Part shown: positions 8,613-18,243 of the stretch, piece by piece
Layout: every line of letters starts with the position of its first letter
Numbering within the stretch: position 1 is the stretch's first letter
DNA from: a virus
Virus record (IMG/VR): IMGVR_UViG_3300017963_000201
Span: 80,960-144,959 of that record
Direction: 5' to 3' (one strand)
Length of the DNA: 64,000 bases
Translations under genes and position numbers: made by a program
The notes under the pieces: generated by a model
The model's input: the letters and a program-made list of their open reading frames with translations, nothing else
Databases searched by the model: none
Told to the model about the DNA's origin: nothing

Positions 8613-9317
8613 TCAAAAGCTAATATTCCAAACATCCATTACATAGCTAACATTACCAAAATCGTCCTGGACAATTAGGAATGGTTCATTGTCAACTTCT
8701 AACACTTGGAAGTCTTCCCCAGGAAATGCTGCGTGCTTTACCCAGTCTCCTGGTTGTATATCAATTGGGAACTTTCTGCCTGTAATCTTTTTCTCAAGCA
8801 TGTATGCTTGATGGTTCATCCTAGAAGCAATAGTCCTAAGCTCTTTACCTTGTGAAGTCTTGGATAGGATGTATTCGCTATATAGCTTAGATCCAAAGTC
8901 AGGCATACGGGCATTGAGATAAATCATAGCCTGATCTTCTTCGTCAAATACCGCAGCATGCTCCATCAAGCTTATGAAATTTTGAGGAGTAATACCCAAA
9001 GACATATACCAATGTTTTGGGTAAGGATCTTTAATATGGTTTTCCACAACCTGAGCAATGAAATCCTTGAAGCTCTTTTTCGCTGCAGTCTTCAACAAAC
9101 GGTTGGCACCACGAAACAGACCGAATAGAAATAGATGCAAACTCTCGGTCCAGTCTTCCGGGTTTTGAATCTCTGCATTCTTAGCAAACTCTAAAACCTT
9201 ATCGTAATCCCCTTCCATTTCTTGCCAAAATACAGCCCATTCGGGTCGGTGCTCTTCCGCAAACTGGTACACACCTTGAGGCTTTGGATCTAGCCAGGGT
9301 CTTTGTGCAAAGGGCAT
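8613..9317 (-). CDS. hypothetical multi-domain protein with C-terminal SH3-like segment
   Basis: AGGAG RBS; IQPGDWVKH...FQVLEVD pattern; internal basic linker RLLKTAA. Confidence 0.6.
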   Translation of the reverse strand: MPFAQRPWLDPKPQGVYQFAEEHRPEWAVFWQEMEGDYDKVLEFAKNAEIQNPEDWTESLHLFLFGLFRGANRLLKTAAKKSFKDFIAQVVENHIKDPYPKHWYMSLGITPQNFISLMEHAAVFDEEDQAMIYLNARMPDFGSKLYSEYILSKTSQGKELRTIASRMNHQAYMLEKKITGRKFPIDIQPGDWVKHAAFPGEDFQVLEVDNEPFLIVQDDFGNVSYVMDVWNISF

Positions 9318-9806
9318 ATTAGTACTCCTTAATACATCATACGAGTTCCAGGCTCATATACTTCTCTAAAATACTCTAAGGCCAGAGTCTTAGCATCTGA
9401 CTTACTTCTAGCTTCTTCACGCGCAAGCTCTAACGCTTCCTGCCAGGTATTATAGTCTACTCTAATACCGCGTTCAGCTTTGAATTCCTCAATCGCTTGA
9501 TCTACACCTTTATCGATCATGGGACCTTTGGCCGTGTAGTGCATGGCAAGACCTTTCCTATAGTAAACTCCTAGTGCTTAGGACAGCACTATCCAAAGTT
9601 TCTGTCGATACAATACCGTAAACCGCTGCGAATTTTACTTCTGTATCGTCTTTATCTACGTATAAAGCATCTATATCGGAAGCTATTTCTACCAATCTAT
9701 CTTTTTTCATACCCCGAAGCAAGCCCATCTAATAGGAACTCTAGATCCTCCTTGCACCATTGACCCCAATCCTCCTCTTCCATAAAAGGTAGGGAATAAT
9801 CTTTAC

Positions 9807-10238
9807 TTACTCCTCTTGGTTAGCGCGTACAAACGTACAATTGTTATAGCCTTTGAAAATAGCCATGACTTCAAAAGATCGATTCCCTGAACTATTATTG
9901 GTAATAGTAATTTGTACAGGTAAACCTATATACACATTTCGATTTGGATCAAAATATTTTGGTATCGTATCTACTCCAACATTAGCAGGGAACCAAACAT
10001 TAGGATAGTTCATATGCGCTACGACTCTAGCAGCACCGTCAGGGTAATTATGGCTCTCAGATAATTCCCCATTGAAATAAACATCCACTTGGTAAGTAAC
10101 AATAGCTTCCAAAGGTCGAACAATTAAAGTCAAATCTGTAAATGGTGTATTGCTTCTTACGGGTATTACTGAAGCCGTACCAGATGCACTCGTAGTAACA
10201 GTACTGACAACCTGATTGACAATAGGATAGTTCATCAA
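9807..10238 (-). CDS. putative virion structural protein (beta-rich)
   Basis: S/T/V-rich, beta-strand pattern, inside head module. Confidence 0.45.
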   Translation of the reverse strand: MMNYPIVNQVVSTVTTSASGTASVIPVRSNTPFTDLTLIVRPLEAIVTYQVDVYFNGELSESHNYPDGAARVVAHMNYPNVWFPANVGVDTIPKYFDPNRNVYIGLPVQITITNNSSGNRSFEVMAIFKGYNNCTFVRANQEE

Positions 10239-10251
10239 AACCTCACAAAAT

Positions 10252-10313
10252 GCAAGGAAGGGGGATAATGCCGAGGTGGGGGGATTGTCCTAACATTATC
10301 CCCTTTCCTTTGC
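10252..10313 (-). terminator. long-stem hairpin, probable terminator
   Basis: ~18-bp near-perfect inverted repeat followed by ATTTT on the minus strand. Confidence 0.6.
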
Positions 10314-10316
10314 TAA

Positions 10317-10946
10317 CTATTTAATCGCTTTTTCAATAGGATCGTTTAATTTATTCAATCGATCCTGTGCCCACTTCTTTACTTTATCGTATACACCATG
10401 CTTCTCAATATAAGCATAGTCAGCTTCTTTCAAAATCTTTTGAATCTCTCTAAAACTTTCCATGACATTCAGCTCTGGGACTTTACGGCTTGCTATCTGC
10501 GAACAGATATTTTCAACCTTCGGATGAATCAAACTCTCAGGCTGCTCTACCGCAGGGGGGATAAGAACGTCAGGAAGATTACGACGTACTCTATTAATCT
10601 TGTCTTTAGAAATTGCCCTACGTTCACGGTTGATCCGATAATACTCTTCAGCTTTATCCGGATCTAATAATTCTAAAGCACCCGCATTCACTGCAGCATA
10701 TAGGTCACGGCACGTTCTCAAAGATTCAGGATCCATCTGATCCGTAATACACACAGGATCATCTCCCGGTGGAATAATAACCCTACCACGAGTTTCACCC
10801 GCACCGACCTGTAACGGGATGAAACCGGGTTCTTTAGTAATCCCAGGATCTCCGGTAGCATTTCTTACCCAAATGGGTAATCGCTTATTAATAAGGTATT
10901 GCAAAGTTAATTTCACAGGTTTTTCACTTCTCTTCTTGGCTTGCAT
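10317..10946 (-). CDS. hypothetical head-module protein (start revised to MQAKK)
   Basis: AAGGAG RBS before ATG at 10946; lies downstream of capsid gene. Confidence 0.65.
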   Translation of the reverse strand: MQAKKRSEKPVKLTLQYLINKRLPIWVRNATGDPGITKEPGFIPLQVGAGETRGRVIIPPGDDPVCITDQMDPESLRTCRDLYAAVNAGALELLDPDKAEEYYRINRERRAISKDKINRVRRNLPDVLIPPAVEQPESLIHPKVENICSQIASRKVPELNVMESFREIQKILKEADYAYIEKHGVYDKVKKWAQDRLNKLNDPIEKAIK

Positions 10947-11355
10947 TTTTTTCTCCTTTTCGTTGGCAAAGCAAAAATAATAATACAATACTAACAAGTA
11001 TACATAGTATAAAGTTAACTATTGTATGCTATCTTTGATAAAGTTAATAAGATGATCAATAGTAACTAAAGATTTTTGTACCTTAACTTTTTTCCCATCT
11101 AACAACACAGATCCAAGACTAAGATCTTCCCCATTGGGTGCTTCTATCTGACCACCAATTATAGATCCTCTTTCTGTCTCAGTCTCAGTCTTGTTTAATA
11201 TAAAGCCCATCTCTTTTAGTTCAGGTACTCTGTCACTTAGTCTATCTATAGCTATGGGGTTAAAGTATACATCCTCTACCTTGAATTGATCCGATAATAT
11301 ATTAATTATCTTTTCTATCTTTAGTCCTAGTTCGTGAGGAACCATAAAACCCTCC

Positions 11356-11395
11356 AATAAAAAGGGCGCAATCAAGGATCCCTCGAATGCGCCCT
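11356..11395 (-). terminator. intrinsic terminator after Arg-rich gene
   Basis: AGGGCGCA/TGCGCCCT stem followed by a T-rich tract on the minus strand. Confidence 0.7.
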
Positions 11396-11418
11396 AATGC
11401 ATACATATCTAAATTTGG

Positions 11419-11901
11419 TTACCGAAATCGCCTACGAGGAAGCGGACGCCTAGAGATACTGGCCCTTCTTCGTGCCCTACGCAAAGAAGCTAATCGGGGG
11501 CTTACTCTTCGAGCTTGCCTCATGCGACGTTGTGCTGCTCTACGCGCCAAAGCTCGAAGCCTTGCTCTACGTACTGCTTCTGCGGCACGAAGGGGTCTAC
11601 GTCGAGCTACGGGCCTTCTGCTAATAGGTCTCCGAGCAACAGCCCGCCTACGTGCCACCGGGCGTCTACGTGCTAACGGTCGCCGCCTAGCTACCGGGCG
11701 ACGTGATCTACGATCTTCGAGTTGATTATAAATGCGCTCTAGGCCACGCTCAACCATAGCTACTGTGCGCAAGTCCCTAGCACGCATAAGCATATCGTTA
11801 TATCTATCCACTTTAGCCGCCAAGTCATTTCGACCTTCACGCTCAAGATACTCAGCCGCTTTGTCCAATTCGTTTCTAAGTGCGATTTTATTGATCCGCA
11901 T
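11419..11901 (-). CDS. protamine-like Arg-rich protein (start revised to MRINK)
   Basis: AGGAG RBS; last 97 aa contain 44 Arg, no Lys, one Glu; RRRPVA-type repeats with varied codons. Confidence 0.8.
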   Translation of the reverse strand: MRINKIALRNELDKAAEYLEREGRNDLAAKVDRYNDMLMRARDLRTVAMVERGLERIYNQLEDRRSRRPVARRRPLARRRPVARRRAVARRPISRRPVARRRPLRAAEAVRRARLRALARRAAQRRMRQARRVSPRLASLRRARRRASISRRPLPRRRFR

Positions 11902-11928
11902 AGCCCTACTCTCCTTAGTATAGATTAG

Positions 11929-11971
11929 AAAAGTGGTTACCCTGACCAAGGGCTAGTTGATCAAGGTAACC
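11929..11971 (-). terminator. intrinsic terminator after major capsid gene
   Basis: GGTTACCTTGATCAA/TTGGTCAGGGTAACC stem (G-U pairs on minus strand) + ACTTTT. Confidence 0.7.
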
Positions 11972-11996
11972 GATACGAAGCACTCGCCACAAGTAA

Positions 11997-13133
11997 CTAC
12001 AGCCGCGAACCGTAGGCAACACCAGCAGCATTGCCAAGGTACATAGAGATCAGCTCATAGAAGAACCAACCCTCGCGGGGTCTACCTTCCATGAATTCAT
12101 CCGTGGGTTTCGAGAACAGCTCAACCCGGATAGGCATGCCACCCAGGTACTCAGGAGCCGCAACACCGTAAACCTCTCCCGGACTCAAGATCTCATAGGT
12201 GTTTGTGCCAGCGGTCGTAATAACCATAGCATTGAGAATCACACCGATATAACCAGCAAGAATTAATTCACGTTGCGCAATCGGGTCTACCTGCTGGCTT
12301 ACGGTGGTTACGAGATCAGAGATCTCTTGACGATGGACGATGAATTTGTCCAAGACAAGGCGATGCCGTTCAACCTGATATCGAATACTCTCTAAGGCAG
12401 CCAGGTTCAGAGCCGCAAAGAAAGTAGTCGTATTAGCCGCATTCGCGCCAGCGGCAAACAGGTTAATCATAGCCAGGTCTTCTTGGTATTCGATGGCTTG
12501 ACGTGCCTTATCTTGCGCTCGTTGCACGATATCAAACTGTGCGCGGAACTTATCCTTGATCTCAATCGAAGGATAGGCGGTAACTTCAAACTCCGGTGGG
12601 TAGTAGTAGCGACCCTCAACTACGCTCTGTGGAGTCTGACCATCCTCGGCAATCTGAAAGCCAAGGACATACGGATCTTTATCATAACGAATAACATCGC
12701 CTGATCCTACGGTACGGGGCATCCAAACTTTTCGAGCAAGACCCTCGTAGTCAATCACTTCTTTGATCACGTTGATTATGCCCTGGCCAACCATCCTAAA
12801 TCCCTGAGACGTGGGATCCGAGAAAGCCTCTTTCAAGATAGCTTCAGCTTCGGCATCCTCCATACCATCTGAAAAAGAAGCTTCACGAGCAATCTGATAC
12901 TTACCACTCGCAACACCGTCCAATACGCCTTGGATCTTATCCAGAGCTTCTGGGTTATTGGATGCATTCAGCTCGCCATGCTGACTAAATAAACGTTCGG
13001 AAGAAGACTCAGGACGCTTACCGTTCCGAGCCACCCTACCGAAACTAGGCGGATTGAATTCGTCTCCCGTCCGCTTGTCAATAGAGACCGTGGCAGCGGC
13101 GGCTTTTTTAAGATACGGATTATTGAAGCGCAT
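11997..13133 (-). CDS. major capsid protein (HK97 fold, Bxz1-like)
   Basis: GQGIINVIKEVIDYEGLARKV, FEVTAYPSI, AQDKARQAIEYQED, C-terminal GWFFYELISM...N..GVA; AGGAGGA RBS; canonical protease-scaffold-decoration-capsid order. Confidence 0.88.
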   Translation of the reverse strand: MRFNNPYLKKAAAATVSIDKRTGDEFNPPSFGRVARNGKRPESSSERLFSQHGELNASNNPEALDKIQGVLDGVASGKYQIAREASFSDGMEDAEAEAILKEAFSDPTSQGFRMVGQGIINVIKEVIDYEGLARKVWMPRTVGSGDVIRYDKDPYVLGFQIAEDGQTPQSVVEGRYYYPPEFEVTAYPSIEIKDKFRAQFDIVQRAQDKARQAIEYQEDLAMINLFAAGANAANTTTFFAALNLAALESIRYQVERHRLVLDKFIVHRQEISDLVTTVSQQVDPIAQRELILAGYIGVILNAMVITTAGTNTYEILSPGEVYGVAAPEYLGGMPIRVELFSKPTDEFMEGRPREGWFFYELISMYLGNAAGVAYGSRL

Positions 13134-13171
13134 TCTTAGTCCTCCTCCTTACGATTTATTTTTATTATTGT

Positions 13172-13906
13172 TTACGCAGTCACACGAACTTGGGCAACCC
13201 CAAGGAACGGGTTAGCAGCAGTAGGAACGTTAATACAGCGACCACAAACAGAACTGATAGCACCACCGGCAATCCCAGCACTTGTCCACAGGCTGTTAGC
13301 ATCGGAGCGCAGCGCACAATTCAAAGTGTAGGTTTGCGCTACATCGTATTGATCGGTGTAGAGAATTGCATCGCCTTCGGCAATCGCAATCCGATCACTC
13401 CCTAAAGTGTCGTTACGGCACCGATCATAATTCTGACTCGTACTCCACCTAGTCGAAGACATCTCGTACTGAAGCTGAGAGCTACTTACCGAATACTCAT
13501 ACCAAATAACCACAGTCTGGCCTGCCGTGATTGCACCTGCAGCAATTCGAGTCACAACACCATTAGCCGTCGAGATAGAGTAATCGGTACCCTGCGTATA
13601 GGTGGTCGTGCCCGCAGAGTTAGTAACCTTAATCTTCGTGGTACCAGTGATATTGCCACCGCGAAGATTAATAGTTCCGGTCGTAGTTGAGAAGCTCTGA
13701 GATTCTACCGTTGTTCTAATATAAGTAGAAGCAGCATCCTTCCAAAAGGTCCCAATAGGAACCGTACCCGAAGCTGCGGTTGTAGCAACGGTAACACCGC
13801 TGGCATCAGTAGCCAAAAAGGCAATCATACCAGCAACGATACTAACATTGCTATCCACATGGTAAAATGGACGATAGTAAGCATAGGATACTTGTTTGTC
13901 GATCAT
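13172..13906 (-). CDS. capsid decoration/cement protein with inserted beta-sandwich domain
   Basis: Directly upstream of MCP; DTLGS...YTDQYD motif; inserted TYTQGTDYSI...G.VTRI...I.AGQTV.I.Y.Y module. Confidence 0.65.
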   Translation of the reverse strand: MIDKQVSYAYYRPFYHVDSNVSIVAGMIAFLATDASGVTVATTAASGTVPIGTFWKDAASTYIRTTVESQSFSTTTGTINLRGGNITGTTKIKVTNSAGTTTYTQGTDYSISTANGVVTRIAAGAITAGQTVVIWYEYSVSSSQLQYEMSSTRWSTSQNYDRCRNDTLGSDRIAIAEGDAILYTDQYDVAQTYTLNCALRSDANSLWTSAGIAGGAISSVCGRCINVPTAANPFLGVAQVRVTA

Positions 13907-13959
13907 AGTTTATCTCCTTTGTAGAAAAACAAAAATATAGGTTTACTCAGAACAATGGC

Positions 13960-15282
13960 TTACATCTTTTTTACATACTGCCCGACATGGGACAGTCTTG
14001 GTTTAGGTAATGCACGTTGAATTCTCTGTGCTAACGATTCAGCTTCATTAGGGGTATAATCACTTGCTGTCGAAATATTTAAAGAGTTGTGAGACGCCTG
14101 CCTTCGAAGATCTTGCGCCTTTTGTGACAATTTAGATCCAGAAGAAGCAACCTTGGGAACATCAGTGTTCATCTCACCAATGGCAGCTTCAATCTCAACA
14201 AAAGCTTCATCGCTCTTAGCTAAGTATTTTGCGGTCTCATTAAGCGCTACATCGAAATGATCCATAGACGCCTTATGGAAAGTGCCTTCTATAGCCGTAA
14301 TGGCATCCGAAGCTTCAATGCCAAAGTTGTCTAAAACCTCAAGCATGGAAGCCTTGAGCGGATTCGAAACTAGATTTTTATTCATAGCGGTCAAAGCCAA
14401 TTTGAAAGCACGGACAAACCGTCTGTGGTGATCTTTACCGCTTGCGGTCTTGTGTGCCTTTTTCTTAACCACGATGCGTTTGGCATTGTACTTTTTGAGT
14501 GTATTTACAACACCTCTAGCCTTCATTTGCCGCAAAAGATTAATCCCGAAAGATCTGGTAGCCTGAATAGGATTTTTAACCGGGACGATACAAAATGGGA
14601 TTTCTTTTCCCGCTTTCTTCTGTAAGACGATCCAATTCCTTTTGTCTCTACCAAGCTCCAACTCGATATTAGCAATCTTGAACATATCGGGGGCCGGATC
14701 TGCCTTAACCTTAGTATTAGGGGCAGAGGGAATCGTGCTTTTGTACTTCTTACTCTTTGCCTTATCGTAACTAAAAGAATCACCAAGATCCTTAAACGGA
14801 GTCATGCTCTCGGACTTCTTGTATAGACGGGCCTTTCTCGCAGCTCTTAATTTTGATTTAACGCTCATTGGATCCTCTTTGCTCACGACCAGATTATCGG
14901 GATTGATACCGAATTCCTCCGCAGTGAAATCTTCGCTTTCTTCCTCTTGGGCTTCATCCAGCTCTTCTTCCATCCCAGAATCATCAACACCTTTTTCAAT
15001 AACCTTTTTAATATCTTCTAAGGAATCCACGATGACTTCGTTAGTATCGGCCAACTCATCAAGTTTATCGCCTAACTCTTCGAGCTGTACCTCTTCCTCT
15101 TTTTCTTCCCGAACCTCTTCTTCTACCTCTTCCTCAATTTCAGCCTTGTCCGGACCTTCATTTCCACCGCTCGGTCCTTCATCCCCAATCTCAGGAACGG
15201 GAGCTTTGGCTTCTTCCTCTTGCGCTCGAATTAGATGCCTACGCGCTTTGTTGGCTATTTTAGCTCTAAGCCCTGGTTTCAT
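13960..15282 (-). CDS. putative scaffold/core protein
   Basis: Between protease and capsid genes; long Glu-rich coiled region; several basic-x-A motifs. Confidence 0.65.
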   Translation of the reverse strand: MKPGLRAKIANKARRHLIRAQEEEAKAPVPEIGDEGPSGGNEGPDKAEIEEEVEEEVREEKEEEVQLEELGDKLDELADTNEVIVDSLEDIKKVIEKGVDDSGMEEELDEAQEEESEDFTAEEFGINPDNLVVSKEDPMSVKSKLRAARKARLYKKSESMTPFKDLGDSFSYDKAKSKKYKSTIPSAPNTKVKADPAPDMFKIANIELELGRDKRNWIVLQKKAGKEIPFCIVPVKNPIQATRSFGINLLRQMKARGVVNTLKKYNAKRIVVKKKAHKTASGKDHHRRFVRAFKLALTAMNKNLVSNPLKASMLEVLDNFGIEASDAITAIEGTFHKASMDHFDVALNETAKYLAKSDEAFVEIEAAIGEMNTDVPKVASSGSKLSQKAQDLRRQASHNSLNISTASDYTPNEAESLAQRIQRALPKPRLSHVGQYVKKM

Positions 15283-15350
15283 GTGTTACTCCTTTGTACA
15301 ATTTTAGGATTGATTAAATAAATTGTTTAACTAGTGTTTTCTAACCTTAG

Positions 15351-16229
15351 TTAAATCAACCTATCAACTACCCGTAAAACGGATTCGGGTAATCTAGATA
15401 GGTTGCCCTGAACATAACGAACAAACTCTCCAGCGTCCTCCGTTGAAACCAGATTATAGAGTAAAGGATGGGTAGCTACACTTGCTGCTTTTTGTCGTTT
15501 ACGTGCTGCAGCTTTTAGCAAGTACTGTGTTGTCGCTCCAGCATATGCGGGATCACCCACAGAGGACAGCTCTCGATACTCAACGTCACCACACTTTTCG
15601 TATACTAATTTACCGTTGATATAGCTCATCTTGTGCCAACGGATATGATCACAAAGATCGTTATCTGTATAAGCACGCTTATTACAGTAGCTACAGTCAA
15701 CATGCCCACAGGCACAGCCCATGGAGAATTTATCAATATCCCCGCTCAACAAACCTTCCGCTAGTGGGGGATCCTTTGTCGTATCCATAGCAACAACAGT
15801 AAGTACATGCCTATCTTTAGGATCACTCTGCATATAGTAGGCATCAGGGATAAAACCACGAGCCGCTTTCGGGTTAGCTGAAGCATGCTCAATATGAAGA
15901 GGCACGTTACGAAAAGTCTGAAACACAAGACACTTGTGCGCTGAAGAAAACCTAACTAGCTCTTCATGCGGAAACATATCACCATTACTGTTTGGGATAT
16001 CTGCAGCAACCGCTCTGGGAACAGGGAAAATGTAATCGTCAATGCTTGGAGAAAGATCGTATACCTTAGCAACCCCAGCCAGAACACTAGGCGATATTAA
16101 GTTTAGTGCTCTTTGTACCGTATCGTGCTCTATATTGCTGATGTCAGCGTTTTTCTGAGCGCATTTACTAAATTTCCCTGAGGATTGATATACACCTACG
16201 ACGGGTACTGAGGCAATCTTATAAAACAT
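15351..16229 (-). CDS. prohead (capsid maturation) protease with Zn-finger insertion
   Basis: PNSNGD.F...EL, TF...PLHIEH, GFIPDA, FSMGC....CSYC...CDHI, ELSSVGDPA. Confidence 0.85.
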   Translation of the reverse strand: MFYKIASVPVVGVYQSSGKFSKCAQKNADISNIEHDTVQRALNLISPSVLAGVAKVYDLSPSIDDYIFPVPRAVAADIPNSNGDMFPHEELVRFSSAHKCLVFQTFRNVPLHIEHASANPKAARGFIPDAYYMQSDPKDRHVLTVVAMDTTKDPPLAEGLLSGDIDKFSMGCACGHVDCSYCNKRAYTDNDLCDHIRWHKMSYINGKLVYEKCGDVEYRELSSVGDPAYAGATTQYLLKAAARKRQKAASVATHPLLYNLVSTEDAGEFVRYVQGNLSRLPESVLRVVDRLI

Positions 16230-16232
16230 TAA

Positions 16233-16270
16233 TCTACTCCTATAGGATGTGAACTACCTATAGAAGTAGA
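16233..16270 (-). promoter_or_regulatory. 14-bp hairpin sequestering the protease RBS
   Basis: Minus strand TCTACTTCTATAGG-10 nt-CCTATAGGAGTAGA; the 3' arm contains AGGAG just before ATG 16229. Confidence 0.65.
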
Positions 16271-16310
16271 CTAACTTTTTTTTGAAATAATGTTTAACTA
16301 ATGTAGTTTT

Positions 16311-16436
16311 TTAATCTTTTGGTGGGGTGTATTCTTTACCGCACTTCTCACATTTCTTAGTTTCCTTATTAATCTTACCTCCACACGAACAATAGATTTC
16401 TTGGATTGGTGCCTGACCACTTTTCTTAAATGCCAT
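16311..16436 (-). CDS. 41-aa zinc-ribbon protein (not in ORF track)
   Basis: MAFKKSGQAPIQEIYCSCGG...CEKCGKEY; GAGG RBS. Confidence 0.6.
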   Translation of the reverse strand: MAFKKSGQAPIQEIYCSCGGKINKETKKCEKCGKEYTPPKD

Positions 16437-16447
16437 TTCAAACCTCA

Positions 16448-17455
16448 CTAGGTATCGATTACAGGAGCTAAAACACCCTTGCAAGCCTGATAAAATACAT
16501 ACAAAGGTTGCTTTTCTTCACCAAAAGCTATCTTTACCTCATCCTCATGATCATAGAGTAAATCTTTTAGCAACTTCGAATTAAACTGAGCCCTAGCCTT
16601 TGTCTTCATGTCGATCCGGTTATCTGAAGAGAGTTTTACACTATCCATATCGGATTCTAAAGTCAACTCCTTATCTAGATCAAGGTAGACATGCTGACTC
16701 GTGTTACTAAGGGCGTTTATAACAGCGTTATTCTGAAATACCCCAGTAGCCGACCACGATTTTTTATCAACCACAGATTTACATTCTTTTACCTCATCTG
16801 TTTTTACTAATCGGGAAACAATGTGCCATCTATCCGTAGAAAACCTAATATAGTTTTTGTAAGCTGATACCTCAATATTACTCATCTTCCTCAACAGTAC
16901 AGAAAGAACCTTAATCACCCCAGAACTTGTGACACCGCTTTCTATATCAGCCCAATTAAAATTTGCCCCATGTATCCTATGAGGATCAGCTACAAATATG
17001 CCATCATTACAAATGTAAGCGGGCATCGAACTTTGCGCTCTTAGGGTATACAGTAGTTTGGGTAGATCTTCGGCTGTTAAGGTATCTTGAACCCCCCAAG
17101 TACAAGAACTCAATAGGTCATCTTCTTTTCGTATTTTAATATCAAACTTTTCGTGCTTAGTAGAGTTTCCGATCACCACACTTTTATTTTTAATCTTGAG
17201 CGCAATCCTACCATTATTGGGGATACTTAATCGAGGACACCCAAAACTGTATACCGTTCTTGGTTCCAATTTATCCCCGGAGTGTTCCTTAGCAGGTATG
17301 TCTGTAAATATATAAAACTCCCCATTAGTAATAAATAACCGTAAAGTGTTAATCCGCTTAGTAAAAGACAAGCCATAAAATCCGAATAAATACTTGTCTG
17401 ATAACTTTCGAAGCGTAGCTATAGACTTATTAAAAATCTCAGCATCAATAATCAT
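16448..17455 (-). CDS. divergent DNA polymerase III beta-clamp-like protein
   Basis: ~335 aa; FVADPHRI, VSRLV, C-terminal FNSKLLKDLL...VKIAF.....PL......GVLAPV as in DnaN. Confidence 0.65.
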   Translation of the reverse strand: MIIDAEIFNKSIATLRKLSDKYLFGFYGLSFTKRINTLRLFITNGEFYIFTDIPAKEHSGDKLEPRTVYSFGCPRLSIPNNGRIALKIKNKSVVIGNSTKHEKFDIKIRKEDDLLSSCTWGVQDTLTAEDLPKLLYTLRAQSSMPAYICNDGIFVADPHRIHGANFNWADIESGVTSSGVIKVLSVLLRKMSNIEVSAYKNYIRFSTDRWHIVSRLVKTDEVKECKSVVDKKSWSATGVFQNNAVINALSNTSQHVYLDLDKELTLESDMDSVKLSSDNRIDMKTKARAQFNSKLLKDLLYDHEDEVKIAFGEEKQPLYVFYQACKGVLAPVIDT

Positions 17456-18243
17456 AATCCATCCTCCCCATCACGGTTACAATACAATTTGTAGTCACAG
17501 TTAAAGCAATATTGATACTTAGTGTTTCTAGGAAATTTTGCCCCATTTTTTAGCTCAAAAACTACTCGGCTGTATTTTTCAATGGCATCAGCAATAAGTG
17601 CATCTGTGATCTCATAGGTCTTTGCTTCCCGCTTCGTGCCCATATGCTTTAGGTATATGTATTCACCGTAGATAGGAAAATCTTCTGGTATCTTACCCAT
17701 CCTCCGTAACCAAATACCATAAGTAGGAAGCTGAACTGACTCTTTGATTTGATTCTTCGTAAACGGCTTAGAGTTGGTTTTATAGTCTACAATTTTTACA
17801 CAGTCATCGAGCTTATCCACTCTATCGGCTTTCCCCCAAACCTGAACATCAGAGATAGATACATTAAACAACCGCTCAATAAATACCGTCTTTGGAAAAG
17901 AAGCAAAACCAGAGTAATACTCTAAGTAGCCTTTGAGCATAGTATGGATACTTTGTACATCGTTTTTTACAAACAAACCACTCTTTATTTTATCCGGGAC
18001 TTTATATTCTTGGTAAGCCTGCCTAAAACTATCACTCATTAATTTTCGTATATCTGTCGATCCTGAATTAGGTAATCCCTTGTGGAAATTTTCCAAAGCC
18101 TTGTGGGCAATACTCCCAATCAGAAAATACTTATTCTCAGGTACCTCAAAAGGTGCCTTTATATAGCGATACTTGAAAAGACGCTTACAGCCAAAGTAAC
18201 AATCAACCTTGGTCGGCGATAAAGACTTAACTGGCAATCCCAC
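17452..18243 (-). CDS. PD-(D/E)XK nuclease, RecB/AddB/Cas4-like with Fe-S cysteines
   Basis: LSPT...Y..C, GSIAH.ALE, GKADRVD, IVDYKT, QL..Y, C-terminal CxxC.....C. Confidence 0.9.
   Translation of the reverse strand: MGLPVKSLSPTKVDCYFGCKRLFKYRYIKAPFEVPENKYFLIGSIAHKALENFHKGLPNSGSTDIRKLMSDSFRQAYQEYKVPDKIKSGLFVKNDVQSIHTMLKGYLEYYSGFASFPKTVFIERLFNVSISDVQVWGKADRVDKLDDCVKIVDYKTNSKPFTKNQIKESVQLPTYGIWLRRMGKIPEDFPIYGEYIYLKHMGTKREAKTYEITDALIADAIEKYSRVVFELKNGAKFPRNTKYQYCFNCDYKLYCNRDGEDGL

Noticed and set aside
11387-11923. Plus-strand Arg/Leu-rich ORFs
   Set aside because: Antisense shadows of the Arg-rich gene; RBS, terminators and operon direction support the minus strand.
14804-15307. Ser-rich plus-strand ORF
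   Set aside because: Reverse complement of the Glu-rich scaffold region.
17452-18243. Cas4 of a CRISPR-Cas locus
   Set aside because: No cas1/cas2 or array; stand-alone PD-(D/E)XK nucleases are common in phages.
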